Positions 17,934 through 27,281 of a stretch of 64,000 nucleotides of DNA are shown here, piece by piece. Source of the stretch: Flavobacteriaceae bacterium (lineage in GTDB: Bacteria > Bacteroidota > Bacteroidia > Flavobacteriales > Flavobacteriaceae). Below the pieces are notes generated by a model, which worked only from the letters and a program-made list of their open reading frames with translations, did no database searches and was not told where the DNA came from. Positions within the stretch are counted from its first letter, which is position 1; every line of letters starts with the position of its first letter. The DNA lies in the NCBI GenBank assembly GCA_022565635.1, contig JAIUMH010000001.1, forward strand, positions 2,428 through 66,427, written 5' to 3'. The position numbers and the translations under genes were made by a program.

Positions 17934-18817
17934 AAACATTTTTAAATTACCTACTACTTCTGCGTTTACCCAATTTATTTATGATTGGACTTACACAGTA
18001 CCTAATTGTATTTGTGGTATACCCTCAATACAATTACCCTGCTACAATTCATACCATTTCCTTTGGATTAATTTCTTTTGCCACCCTTTTAATTGCTGGT
18101 GCCGGAAATGTGATTAACGACTTTTTTGATCAAAAAACAGACAACATTAATCGGGTAAGCAAAAAAGTAATAGGAAAATCAATTAAAGAGTCGTCAGCAT
18201 TAATTTATTATATCAGTTTAAATTTAATAGCACTAATTGTTTTATGCTGGGGGTTATTCTTGCTCAATCAAATGTCTAAAATTTGGCTATTTATTGCATG
18301 TGGATTCTTTCTTTACTTATATTCCAAACGCCTAAAGGGTGTCTTTTTACTTGGTAACCTTGTTGTAAGTTTACTTATTGTAATCAGTTTATGGGTTTTC
18401 CCTTTTCTAATAGCATCCCAAAAAAAATTTGATCAAGACTACGTTTTTGAATTTTTAGTTAGTGTTTCTATACTTGCTTTTTTGCTTAATTTAACTCGCG
18501 AAATCAACAAAGATATTGAAGATATAAAAGGAGATTATGCATCTGGCCATCAAACGCTTCCTATTCTATTAGGAAGAAAATCAACACATTACATTATTTA
18601 TTTTTTACTATTCCTATCCTTAGTGAGTATCCAACTTCATTTCTATTTTTGGATTGCAAGAAGCTGGTGGAGCATATTGTATTTCACTCTTCTTATATTT
18701 ACTCCACTGCTATTTGTTATTTTTGAATATCAGAAAAATAAAATAAATTACAAAAAAATCAGCCTACTATTAAAAATTAGCATGTGTTTTGGCTTAGGAA
18801 GTTTGCTATTCATTTAA
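17921..18817 (+). CDS. UbiA-family prenyltransferase (integral membrane)
   Basis: It has the Asp-rich motif NVINDFFDQKTD, a second motif NKDIEDIKGD, and about 8 TM helices. The apparent start is TTG, overlapping the kdsC stop. Confidence 0.8.
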   Translation: MAILKTFLNYLLLLRLPNLFMIGLTQYLIVFVVYPQYNYPATIHTISFGLISFATLLIAGAGNVINDFFDQKTDNINRVSKKVIGKSIKESSALIYYISLNLIALIVLCWGLFLLNQMSKIWLFIACGFFLYLYSKRLKGVFLLGNLVVSLLIVISLWVFPFLIASQKKFDQDYVFEFLVSVSILAFLLNLTREINKDIEDIKGDYASGHQTLPILLGRKSTHYIIYFLLFLSLVSIQLHFYFWIARSWWSILYFTLLIFTPLLFVIFEYQKNKINYKKISLLLKISMCFGLGSLLFI

Positions 18818-18832
18818 AATAATAAAAAAATT

Positions 18833-19417
18833 ATGCTTACAGAAATTTCAAAAAAATGGGATATAATTTTAGCTTCAAAATCACCAAGAAGAAACCAACT
18901 ACTTGCTAAGTTAGGCTTAAATTTTAGATCTATTACTAAGGAAGTTAAAGAAAACTATCCAGAACATTTAATCAAAGAACAAATCACTAATTACTTAAGT
19001 GAAAAAAAAGCGGATGCATTCACAGTTGAAAAACCTAATCAACTTGTGATTGCAGGCGATACAATTGTGTGTAAGGACACTGAGGTTTTAGGTAAACCGA
19101 AAGACAAAAAAGAGGCTTACACTATGATTGAATCACTATCGGGAGGTGTTCATGAAGTAATCTCCTCTTTTTGTATTAAAACAGAAAAACAAAAAATTAC
19201 AAAAAGTGATGTAGTGAAAGTCTACTTTAAGGAATTAACCTCTGATGAAATCAGTTATTACATCGATACATTTTCTCCCTACGACAAAGCAGGTGGATAT
19301 GGAATACAAGAATGGATTGGACAGATAGGAATCACAAAAATTGAAGGGTCTTTTTACACTGTAATGGGGATGCCTGTTCATTTAATTTATTCTAGTTTAA
19401 AACAATTGATGATGTGA
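18833..19417 (+). CDS. maf: Maf-family nucleoside triphosphate pyrophosphatase
   Basis: It has the ILASKSPRR N-terminal motif, DTIV, and GAYGIQ-like YDKAGGYGIQE. Confidence 0.9.
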   Translation: MLTEISKKWDIILASKSPRRNQLLAKLGLNFRSITKEVKENYPEHLIKEQITNYLSEKKADAFTVEKPNQLVIAGDTIVCKDTEVLGKPKDKKEAYTMIESLSGGVHEVISSFCIKTEKQKITKSDVVKVYFKELTSDEISYYIDTFSPYDKAGGYGIQEWIGQIGITKIEGSFYTVMGMPVHLIYSSLKQLMM

Positions 19418-19485
19418 TTTTTTATCAATAAAAACTAAAATCTTACTGAAAATTGACCTATGTATTTCAATCAAGAAATACGAAG

Positions 19486-21243
19486 TTAAAATGAGGTATT
19501 AAAATTTAGCGTTAACCCTGAACTTTCTGGCACAAACCTACACACCCCACCTACACAGACCAAACCTCCACGTTGGCGACCGTAATTAAGAGCCACACGA
19601 TAGGCGCCTATTCGGTAAGCTCCACCTACATTTAAATAATGTACGCGTTCTTCGGGTTTATCGCTACCGTAATTCCAGATATCCCAGAAATAAACCGATA
19701 AATTCTCATTGAAATTATATTCAATGGATCCTCCAAACCAATCTTGACGATCACCAACAGCCCACATTTTTTCAAGTTCAAAGCGCAGGGAACGCTTTCT
19801 TGTAAAGTTGTAGGTGGCTTCAGCAGTCACAATATCCGCCCTTACTAAATCGCCTCCCCCTAACAATCTTTGATCATAATATTGATTGATATAATTGAAG
19901 CCCAAATGCCAGGTTTCATTAACTTTCTTTTTAATTTCTATGCTATAATCTGAAAAATATTTATTTCCTCTTCCAAAAAAATCAACGTCATAATCAGGCG
20001 GATTAAATGTGTACCTCCCTGGCAAATTGTACCAATTGGAATAATTTAAGAAAATATGAGTACCGTGCTTTCCTCCCAAAAAAGTACCCTTCTTAAATTT
20101 ATAAAAGAAGTCGATTTGCCCACCCGTTTCACCGGCACGCATAACCTGCGGATCTTCAAATAGTACAGAATGCTGTGCTTGAAATACATAAATATTAGCT
20201 AAGAGAGAATGGTGCTGTTTAGTCAATGCGGGAGTGAAATTTATGAAGGTATCTAAGTAGTCAAAACTAGTTTGTGGTTCACCTTCAAAATTTGTAAACA
20301 CTTCTGGTTCTCTTCTTGAATAAAAGCCCATATTTTCCATACGCCGTAAATTGACATCTAAACCAAAACCAGATTTAGAATACCCAAAATTAAGTGTGAC
20401 CGCATTACCAGATTTTGCAGATTGATCAGACAACAAGTTTTGAACATTCAAAATCCCATCCTCAGATTTATAGTTGGCTTCAGCAACAGCATAAAATGCC
20501 CCCCACATATAATCTGCTCGTAAAGAAAAAGCATTGGTTAATTCATCAAATTCAGGATTTTGTAATTGCGGATAAGCATCAAAAGACTCATACCTGCCTA
20601 CGTAACTTAAGCCAACACTGAGATCTTGGTTCTTCTCATATAAATTAAGATATTCAGCTAAAAAAAAATCAGCATTAAAACCAAAGATATCACCAGAAGT
20701 AACGCCGAAACCAGATCTTTGCCTCCCATATAAAGCAGTAAATTCCATGTTATAGTTAGGTGCAAATTTTACTCTTCCACCACGCAAAGCAGAATTTATC
20801 CCTAACGCACGATCCTCCCAAGCGCGTAAAATCATTCCATTACCAAACTGCTCATAAAAATGACCGAGAGTGACATCCCATTTTTCGTCTTTATAATTCA
20901 AAAAGTAGATTCCAAGATGAGTTCCTTCAAATTTAGGATTATAATTTAAAAGTGCATTTTGCTCATAGGCTTCAATTTGCATTCCTGCTGTCCATTTATT
21001 GTAATTATAATTAGCGTACAAATAATTATTAGATCGAAGTTGATCTTCTGGAACAATAGCACTTTCTAACCCAGAATCCTCCACATAATATTGTACATTA
21101 GACTCTAAGCCACCGTAAAATCTGCCAAAGTACTTGCTTTCTTTTTCATTATCCTCCTGCAAATTGATAGATTGATCTTGAGCAACAACAGAAAACACAA
21201 ACAACAACAACAAAGCTGTAAATAACAAAGTAGTATGTTTCAT
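19486..21243 (-). CDS. Predicted outer-membrane beta-barrel protein (DUF6029-like)
   Basis: 585 aa with a signal peptide ending VVAQ. It shows alternating aromatic/Gly beta-strand patterning throughout and a terminal Phe (NFNTSF). It has exactly two Cys residues, in CVGGVC near the C-terminus. The family name is from memory. Confidence 0.65.
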   Translation of the reverse strand: MKHTTLLFTALLLLFVFSVVAQDQSINLQEDNEKESKYFGRFYGGLESNVQYYVEDSGLESAIVPEDQLRSNNYLYANYNYNKWTAGMQIEAYEQNALLNYNPKFEGTHLGIYFLNYKDEKWDVTLGHFYEQFGNGMILRAWEDRALGINSALRGGRVKFAPNYNMEFTALYGRQRSGFGVTSGDIFGFNADFFLAEYLNLYEKNQDLSVGLSYVGRYESFDAYPQLQNPEFDELTNAFSLRADYMWGAFYAVAEANYKSEDGILNVQNLLSDQSAKSGNAVTLNFGYSKSGFGLDVNLRRMENMGFYSRREPEVFTNFEGEPQTSFDYLDTFINFTPALTKQHHSLLANIYVFQAQHSVLFEDPQVMRAGETGGQIDFFYKFKKGTFLGGKHGTHIFLNYSNWYNLPGRYTFNPPDYDVDFFGRGNKYFSDYSIEIKKKVNETWHLGFNYINQYYDQRLLGGGDLVRADIVTAEATYNFTRKRSLRFELEKMWAVGDRQDWFGGSIEYNFNENLSVYFWDIWNYGSDKPEERVHYLNVGGAYRIGAYRVALNYGRQRGGLVCVGGVCRFVPESSGLTLNFNTSF

Positions 21244-21247
21244 ATCC

Positions 21248-21730
21248 CTACAATCCCTTGATTACCTCATAAAGCTCATGTTCAGCTCCTTGGGTGTAAC
21301 CATTAAAGATATGTTCAATTTTCTGATTTTTAACCACAATGGAGTAAGGAATATTTACAATAGACAAAGCCCTTTTTAATTCTTGATTGCCATCAAGTAA
21401 TACTTGGTAAGGCCAATCTTTACCGTTAAGCATAGGTCTAACTCTTCGTTGAGTTCTTGAATCATCGGTTGAGATGGCAACTAGCTCCATATTGAGCTCT
21501 TCAGACCAATCTTCATAATATTCACTTATTGCTTCCAATTCAGAAATACATGGTGCACACCAAGTAGCCCAGAAAGAAAACACATAAACTTTATCTTTTT
21601 CAGCATATTCATGCTTAATATTAATTGGTTTATTTTTAAGATCTTTAATAGTTATACTAGGCAACTCATTCTGTGCATAAGCAGTTAGACTAAAAATAGT
21701 TGCAAATAAAAAAAGAAAGAGTGACTTCAT
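21248..21730 (-). CDS. TlpA/ResA-family periplasmic thiol:disulfide oxidoreductase
   Basis: 160 aa with a signal peptide and the redoxin motif FWATWCAPC. Its stop is 4 nt upstream of the barrel gene's start. Confidence 0.85.
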   Translation of the reverse strand: MKSLFLFLFATIFSLTAYAQNELPSITIKDLKNKPINIKHEYAEKDKVYVFSFWATWCAPCISELEAISEYYEDWSEELNMELVAISTDDSRTQRRVRPMLNGKDWPYQVLLDGNQELKRALSIVNIPYSIVVKNQKIEHIFNGYTQGAEHELYEVIKGL

Positions 21731-21834
21731 TTCAATGAATTTTTAAAGTTAAGGCAATATTAAAACAATATTTCTAAAAAACAAGGATTAAGATAGTTTT
21801 TTGATTTGGCGTTAAATTAAATAAAAAATTATTT

Positions 21835-21842
21835 TATATTTG
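21835..21842 (+). promoter_or_regulatory. -7 box for the T9SS redoxin gene cluster
   Basis: TATATTTG sits 2 nt before the first ATG (21845) and 23 nt before the ATG at 21866, which begins the signal peptide. Confidence 0.45.
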
Positions 21843-21865
21843 TTATGCATAAAAACACAAAAACT

Positions 21866-23335
21866 ATGAAAACAAAATTATTTTTCGCTTTAATTACAAT
21901 ATTTGTAATTCAATTTAATCACGCTCAGATTGATGACGGCTCTGTAGCTCCAGACTTCACTGCTGATGACATCTTCGGGAATACGCACAATTTACAAGAT
22001 TACTTAGATGACGGCAAGACTGTTATTCTTAATATTTCAGCTACGTGGTGTGGTCCTTGCTGGAATTACATGCAATCAGGTGCTTTTAAAGACGTTTATT
22101 ACAGTCACGGAGAACCCGGTTCTGATGAAGTTGTAATCTTATATGTGGAAGGAAGCGCAGATGCAGCAGATGCTGTTGATTTATTGTATGGTATTGGAGG
22201 TAACACATTAGGAAATTGGGTAGATGGAACTCCATATCCTATAATAGCAAGCCAAGCTATTGCTTCTGCTTATGAAATCACTTATTTCCCAACAGTATAT
22301 AGAATTTGTCCTGATGGTTTTGTTTACGAAATGGGGCAATTAAATAGAGAAGGAGTAATAGAACACCTTAATACAAACTGCAGTGGAGTAGAGCTTATGG
22401 ATGAAGCAAATCATGTGATGGCCGAACTAAATCAAATTACTGTCTGTGATGATGGCGAAACTACTGAAGCAGAAATAGTTGTTACTAATTATGGAGCTAA
22501 TGTTACTTCCTTAGATTTTGAAATAGACATCAACGGAACATTAGAGTATTTTTCAGAAAACGTTAACCTTGGTAAATGGCAATCTATAACTTTAAATACT
22601 GAAATTGTAGCCAATGAAAATGACCAAGTTTCAGTTAAGGTTGTAGGTGCAAACAATGAAACTCCTCACAACTTAAGCCTTGCGCAATCTAATCCTACTG
22701 AAGTAGAAGTTTCTGCGTTAACTGGTAGAGATATTGAAGTGAGAGTATATACAGATAATTACCCAGGTGAAATGTCTTGGCAAATATTGAATGAAGAAGG
22801 AGAAATAGCCGCTTCTGGTGGTCCGTACAAAGAAGGAAAAGACGACAATTTTGGAGGTGGTGGTTTTTTTGCCCAAACTACTGTTTTCCACAATGTTCAA
22901 CTACCAGAAGGCGAACAATGCTTCTCTGTTCGTTTAATGGATAGCTATGGAGATGGATGGAGCTTGTCTGCTGGTAATTGGGACCCAGGTATAGAAATAT
23001 TTTATGAAGGAGAAAGCATCTACAAAGAACTGGTTGGAAACTTTGGAACCGAAATTGTATTTGATAGAGCAATGAAACATTCGGTTACTATGAACGCTGA
23101 AGACTTTACTTTTAATACATTAGAAGTTTACCCAAACCCTAGCAACGGTAGATTCAATATAACCAGCTCAGACGAGTTTGATGTGACTATCTTCAATATG
23201 CAGGGAAGAAGAGTTTTTTATCAAAAAGGATTAGACAGAAATGCTAGTATTCAACTTGAAGAGTCCAGTGGTGTTTATATTGCTGAGTTCGTTTCAGGAA
23301 CAAAAAAATCAACTCAAAAATTAATAATTAAATAA
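21866..23335 (+). CDS. Secreted multi-domain protein: N-terminal redoxin (thioredoxin-fold) domain, central unassigned domains, T9SS type-A C-terminal sorting domain
   Basis: The signal peptide is MKTKLFFALITIFVIQFNHAQ. The redoxin block is APDFTADDIFGNTHNLQDYLDDGKTVILNISATWCGPC. The central motifs are YTDNYPGEMSWQI and LMDSYGDGW. The C-terminal LEVYPNPSNGRFNI...VYIAEF...QKLIIK is a T9SS CTD. Confidence 0.8.
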   Translation: MKTKLFFALITIFVIQFNHAQIDDGSVAPDFTADDIFGNTHNLQDYLDDGKTVILNISATWCGPCWNYMQSGAFKDVYYSHGEPGSDEVVILYVEGSADAADAVDLLYGIGGNTLGNWVDGTPYPIIASQAIASAYEITYFPTVYRICPDGFVYEMGQLNREGVIEHLNTNCSGVELMDEANHVMAELNQITVCDDGETTEAEIVVTNYGANVTSLDFEIDINGTLEYFSENVNLGKWQSITLNTEIVANENDQVSVKVVGANNETPHNLSLAQSNPTEVEVSALTGRDIEVRVYTDNYPGEMSWQILNEEGEIAASGGPYKEGKDDNFGGGGFFAQTTVFHNVQLPEGEQCFSVRLMDSYGDGWSLSAGNWDPGIEIFYEGESIYKELVGNFGTEIVFDRAMKHSVTMNAEDFTFNTLEVYPNPSNGRFNITSSDEFDVTIFNMQGRRVFYQKGLDRNASIQLEESSGVYIAEFVSGTKKSTQKLIIK

Positions 23336-23884
23336 ATGAAAATGAAAATCACACAATTCTTAAAACTATCACTTGTAATCATATCAATGGGATTCTTATC
23401 AGCATGTAGTAGTGACGATGATAGTTCGTCTAATACAAATCAACCAGGCGATAGAGTGTTACATATAGAAAAATCTGATGGTAGCCTGTTTGAAGATGGA
23501 GAAGTTATTACGTTTAACGAAATTGGAAGCAATGATATTAGATTAGATAACGGCAAACTAAAGTTCTTCCTAAAAAATGTGGGCAATGAAAATATAAATG
23601 TAAAAATAGAAGTAAAAGAAATTAGAGGAACAGACGGTTCTTTATTTACCTTTTGCGTACAACCACTTTGTATTTTTAATGTAACTGAGGGTGAGTCTTA
23701 CCCACAAAATGGAACTGTTATTGCTCCTGGACAAGTGAACAGTGATGACGATTATTTTATTAATAATGATGCTGGTGATGAAAGTACAGTTTCTATAGAA
23801 TATGATTTACGTTTTTACGTTGTGGACGATGAAGGAAATCAATTTGATGACCTAACAATCACCTACCAATTTTTACCTAACTAA
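23336..23884 (+). CDS. Hypothetical lipoprotein (beta-sandwich-like)
   Basis: It has the lipobox FLSACSS and an acidic/Ser linker. Its only other Cys residues lie in FCVQPLC. The ATG abuts the upstream stop (TAAATG). Confidence 0.7.
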   Translation: MKMKITQFLKLSLVIISMGFLSACSSDDDSSSNTNQPGDRVLHIEKSDGSLFEDGEVITFNEIGSNDIRLDNGKLKFFLKNVGNENINVKIEVKEIRGTDGSLFTFCVQPLCIFNVTEGESYPQNGTVIAPGQVNSDDDYFINNDAGDESTVSIEYDLRFYVVDDEGNQFDDLTITYQFLPN

Positions 23885-23922
23885 AACCAAAGTTATAAGC
23901 TAGGTAAAATGTAAGTTAAAAT

Positions 23923-23967
23923 AAAATCTCAATTTAACCTTAAAAAAGTTCAATTGGGATTTTTTTG
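23923..23967 (+). terminator. Hairpin plus T-run after the lipoprotein gene (possibly a partial terminator)
   Basis: aaaatctcaatt..(17 nt)..aattgggatttt forms a 12-bp stem with one G-U pair, followed by ttttt. Confidence 0.5.
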
Positions 23968-23977
23968 AAATAATAAA

Positions 23978-25030
23978 ATGAAAAAAATACAAGCCTTTTT
24001 AATTGTTTTTATAGTTGTTCTCTTCACCAAATCATGTAGCGAAAAATACGAAACAGTAAGTGGAGAATCATTTATTTTTATTACCATTAATGGTAGCTCA
24101 AAGATTGTTGGAAGTGAAACCCAAATTCGTGTATTTTCTGAAAAAGGTGAAGAGCTTACAGACGATTCTCAAATTTATGTGAATGAACAAGTAATTGAGG
24201 GCAACACTTTTGTTACAGATGAGGTTGGAGTTTATGAAATCAAAGCAAACTACTTTGAAACAGAATCCGAACCAGTTTCTGTTCAATACCATGATGAATC
24301 AGAAATATTCTTCAAAAAAAGAGTGCTTGTAGAAGATTACACAGGTACCTGGTGTGGCTGGTGCCCAAGGCTTTCTCACGCCATGAAATTAGTTGATGAA
24401 GTTACTAACGATGATGTTGTTTTTATAGCAATTCACAGAGCACCAACTGGAACCTCTGACCCTTATAATTATGTATTTGCTGAAGAACTTGAACAAATGA
24501 TTAACACCCCTGGATACCCAAAAGGATTTATTAATCGAATACATCAATGGAAGTTTCCAGAACCGCTAAATATTAATCAAGTTATTGAATTCAGTCAAAA
24601 TCCTAGTCCTAAACTAGGTCTTGCATTAAATTCAGAAATAATCGGTAACGATATCAATTTAGTTGTAAAGGGAAGGTTTGAAAAAGATTATCAAGATTTA
24701 AAAGTGGTTGTCCAGCTTCTTGAGAATGGTTTAATATGGCCTCAAGTAAACTACACCGAGTACTACAATGGTGATAACCCAATAGAAAACTATAGGCATG
24801 ATTATACGCTTAGAAAAACAATTACTGATATTTTAGGAGATGAAATACCTAATTCACTTACAGTAGAAGGAAGTAATTGGCAGGAGGAATATACTATTGA
24901 AATTCCTGAAGTTATTGAAAATCAATCTCAACTACAACTCGTAGCTTTTATAGTAAACAACAATAATGAAGTAGTTAATGTTAGACAAAGTTATGTTGGG
25001 GAGGTGCAAGAATTTGAAATTGAACAATAA
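23978..25030 (+). CDS. Omp28-related outer-membrane (lipo)protein with a thioredoxin-fold CxxC motif
   Basis: 350 aa with a signal peptide and Cys (FTKSCSE). The block EDYTGTWCGWCPR is typical of the Omp28-related family as I recall it. Confidence 0.65.
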   Translation: MKKIQAFLIVFIVVLFTKSCSEKYETVSGESFIFITINGSSKIVGSETQIRVFSEKGEELTDDSQIYVNEQVIEGNTFVTDEVGVYEIKANYFETESEPVSVQYHDESEIFFKKRVLVEDYTGTWCGWCPRLSHAMKLVDEVTNDDVVFIAIHRAPTGTSDPYNYVFAEELEQMINTPGYPKGFINRIHQWKFPEPLNINQVIEFSQNPSPKLGLALNSEIIGNDINLVVKGRFEKDYQDLKVVVQLLENGLIWPQVNYTEYYNGDNPIENYRHDYTLRKTITDILGDEIPNSLTVEGSNWQEEYTIEIPEVIENQSQLQLVAFIVNNNNEVVNVRQSYVGEVQEFEIEQ

Positions 25031-25050
25031 AGAATAAATTAATTTTTCAC

Positions 25051-25081
25051 AAAAAAGGGAGCCAAAAGCTCCCTTTTTTTT
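25051..25081. terminator. Bidirectional Rho-independent terminator between the convergent Omp28-like gene and lysA
   Basis: The sequence is aaaaaa-gggagc-caaaa-gctccc-tttttttt. Confidence 0.85.
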
Positions 25082-25092
25082 ACGATTTAAAA

Positions 25093-26337
25093 TTATACAC
25101 TAATTTCTTCTTCTTTGGTTTTTTCACTTAAATCAAAATTAAGCTCTACTTGGTTGTGAACTAAGTCTTCAAAGGTTTCTCTTTTCCTAATTAAATGTGC
25201 TTCATCATTATACCACAAAACCTCAGCTGGTCTAAATCTAGAATTGTAATTACTAGCCATAGAAAAACAATAAGCACCGGCATTTTTAAAAGACAAAATA
25301 TCACCTTCCCTTATTTCATTAATCATTTTATTATTGGCAAAAGTGTCCGTTTCACATATATAACCAACAACCGAATAAAATCGTTTTGTAGCATTTGGAT
25401 TCGAGATATTTTCAATTTCATGATTAGAACCATAAAACATCGGTCTAATTAAATGATTAAAACCGGTATCAACATGTGCAAAAACAGTTGAAGTAGTTTG
25501 CTTTACCACATTTACTTTAGCTAAAAACTGACCTGCTTCACTCACCATAAATTTCCCTGGCTCAAAAGCCAAGGTTAATTCTCTTCCGTAATTTTTGCAA
25601 AATTCATTAAATCGAGTACTGAGTTTTTGACCTAATTCCTCAACGTTGGTCTCAATATCATTGGCATGGTAAGGAACTTTAAATCCACTTCCAAAATCTA
25701 AGAAATCAAGATCTTTAAAGTTTTTAGCTGCATCAAATAAGATTTCTGCTGCATGTAGAAATACGCCTATATCTAAAATATCACTTCCTGTATGCATGTG
25801 AATACCGTTAATATGCATGCCTGTATTTTCAACAATTCTTAAAATATGAGGCATTTGATGAATGGATATACCAAATTTTGAGTCAATATGACCCACAGAT
25901 ATATTCGTATTCCCTCCCGCCATTACGTGCGGATTAATTCGTATACATACTGGTACGCTTGGATGCTTGGCACCAAATTGTTCCAAAACAATTAAATTGT
26001 CAATATTAATTTGCACTCCTAAATCTACGGCTTGCTCTAGTTCATCTACAGAAACACCGTTTGGGGTATAAATAATCTTTTCTGGTGAAACACCAGCTTT
26101 TAAACCCAACATCACCTCCTGAATAGAAACCGTATCTAAACCGCTTCCTAATTCATTAAATAATTTCAGAACAGAAATGTTTGAAAGTGCCTTTACTGCA
26201 TAATGAAGACGCAAGTGTTTAACCTGTTTAAAAGCATCATTTAAACGTTTATACTGACTCATAATTTTATCAGCATCATAAACGTAAATTGGACTTCCAA
26301 ATTCTTCAGTTACTTTTAAAAGGTCTTCTCTTTTCAT
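25093..26337 (-). CDS. lysA: Diaminopimelate decarboxylase
   Basis: It has the type III PLP fold with HYAVKA (PLP Lys), the HMHTGS and EPGKF blocks, and a C-terminal beta-barrel region with CETDTF. Confidence 0.92.
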   Translation of the reverse strand: MKREDLLKVTEEFGSPIYVYDADKIMSQYKRLNDAFKQVKHLRLHYAVKALSNISVLKLFNELGSGLDTVSIQEVMLGLKAGVSPEKIIYTPNGVSVDELEQAVDLGVQINIDNLIVLEQFGAKHPSVPVCIRINPHVMAGGNTNISVGHIDSKFGISIHQMPHILRIVENTGMHINGIHMHTGSDILDIGVFLHAAEILFDAAKNFKDLDFLDFGSGFKVPYHANDIETNVEELGQKLSTRFNEFCKNYGRELTLAFEPGKFMVSEAGQFLAKVNVVKQTTSTVFAHVDTGFNHLIRPMFYGSNHEIENISNPNATKRFYSVVGYICETDTFANNKMINEIREGDILSFKNAGAYCFSMASNYNSRFRPAEVLWYNDEAHLIRKRETFEDLVHNQVELNFDLSEKTKEEEISV

Positions 26338-26354
26338 GATTTAAAAAATTAATT

Positions 26355-26383
26355 AAAAAAATACCCCCATAACTTATGGGGGT
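26355..26383 (-). terminator. Rho-independent terminator after the 26409-27119 gene
   Basis: On the plus strand, aaaaaaat is followed by the palindrome acccccataa-c-ttatgggggt. On the minus strand this reads as a hairpin followed by a U-run. Confidence 0.75.
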
Positions 26384-26408
26384 TAGTTATTTATAAAACG
26401 TTGCAAAA

Positions 26409-27119
26409 TTAAGCATTAAAATATTTACTTTGCCAAATTGCTGAACTAAAATTCTTTCCCTTAGCAAAACCATAATACAATGCAATTGTTCCCATCCATT
26501 TAATCATAAACATAAACAACATTATTTTCTCTGTAGTAGTGTTTTCAGAAAGTAAACCAGAGGGAACCAAAAATGTAGCTATGGCACTAACTGCAAATAA
26601 TGCAATCATAAAATTTTCAAATGTTTTTAGTGGCCACATCAAAATCTTTCTCAACGGATGTAAGTCGCTTCCCCATTGGTGAATAAAGTAATAGTAATCA
26701 TTACCCATAGAAGCTAACAGAATAGGATCATCTGCATTTTCTAACTTGAATAGCTTTGCTGGAGCAATCATCTTAAAATTATTTACCTCAATACCGTGCT
26801 CATTTTCTAAACCAAGAATTGTGTTATAAGCCTCCTGTGGGATTGCGCCTTTAAATAATTTAGCGTCTAAAAAACGCAAGCGATAGTCTACGCAAATTTT
26901 CTCTATTTGTGATATGTGATATATCCTAGAAGAGTCTAATAGATCAAACTCAAATTGATTTGGAATTTTATTATTTGGAACATCTGAAATTCGTTCAGTG
27001 ATTTTTTCTGTAGGAGTGGGTTGTTTTAAAAGTTGATTTACTTCATTCAGCAAAGCCTCTTCGTTGCATTTCCCTCGTTCTACATCCAGTTTCTCTTTGA
27101 TATTTACTTTATCTAACAT
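26409..27119 (-). CDS. Hypothetical membrane protein (soluble N-terminal domain plus 2-3 C-terminal TM helices)
   Basis: There are no motifs I can assign. The hydrophobic segments are FMIALFAVSAIATFLV and IMLFMFMIKWMGTIALYYGF. The ORF-track start at 27137 is TTG, so I used the ATG at 27117-27119. Confidence 0.65.
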   Translation of the reverse strand: MLDKVNIKEKLDVERGKCNEEALLNEVNQLLKQPTPTEKITERISDVPNNKIPNQFEFDLLDSSRIYHISQIEKICVDYRLRFLDAKLFKGAIPQEAYNTILGLENEHGIEVNNFKMIAPAKLFKLENADDPILLASMGNDYYYFIHQWGSDLHPLRKILMWPLKTFENFMIALFAVSAIATFLVPSGLLSENTTTEKIMLFMFMIKWMGTIALYYGFAKGKNFSSAIWQSKYFNA

Positions 27120-27281
27120 AGCAACATTTTTATTCAAATGTACAATTTGAATTCGTTTGTCTCAAAATGAAAATTAAATTTTAACTTGATATAAATATAA
27201 ATTCAAGTAGAAAATTTTAATTAAACAAAAACCATCTAAAAAGATTTGCGTTTATAAAAATGACAAAAATCAACATCAATT

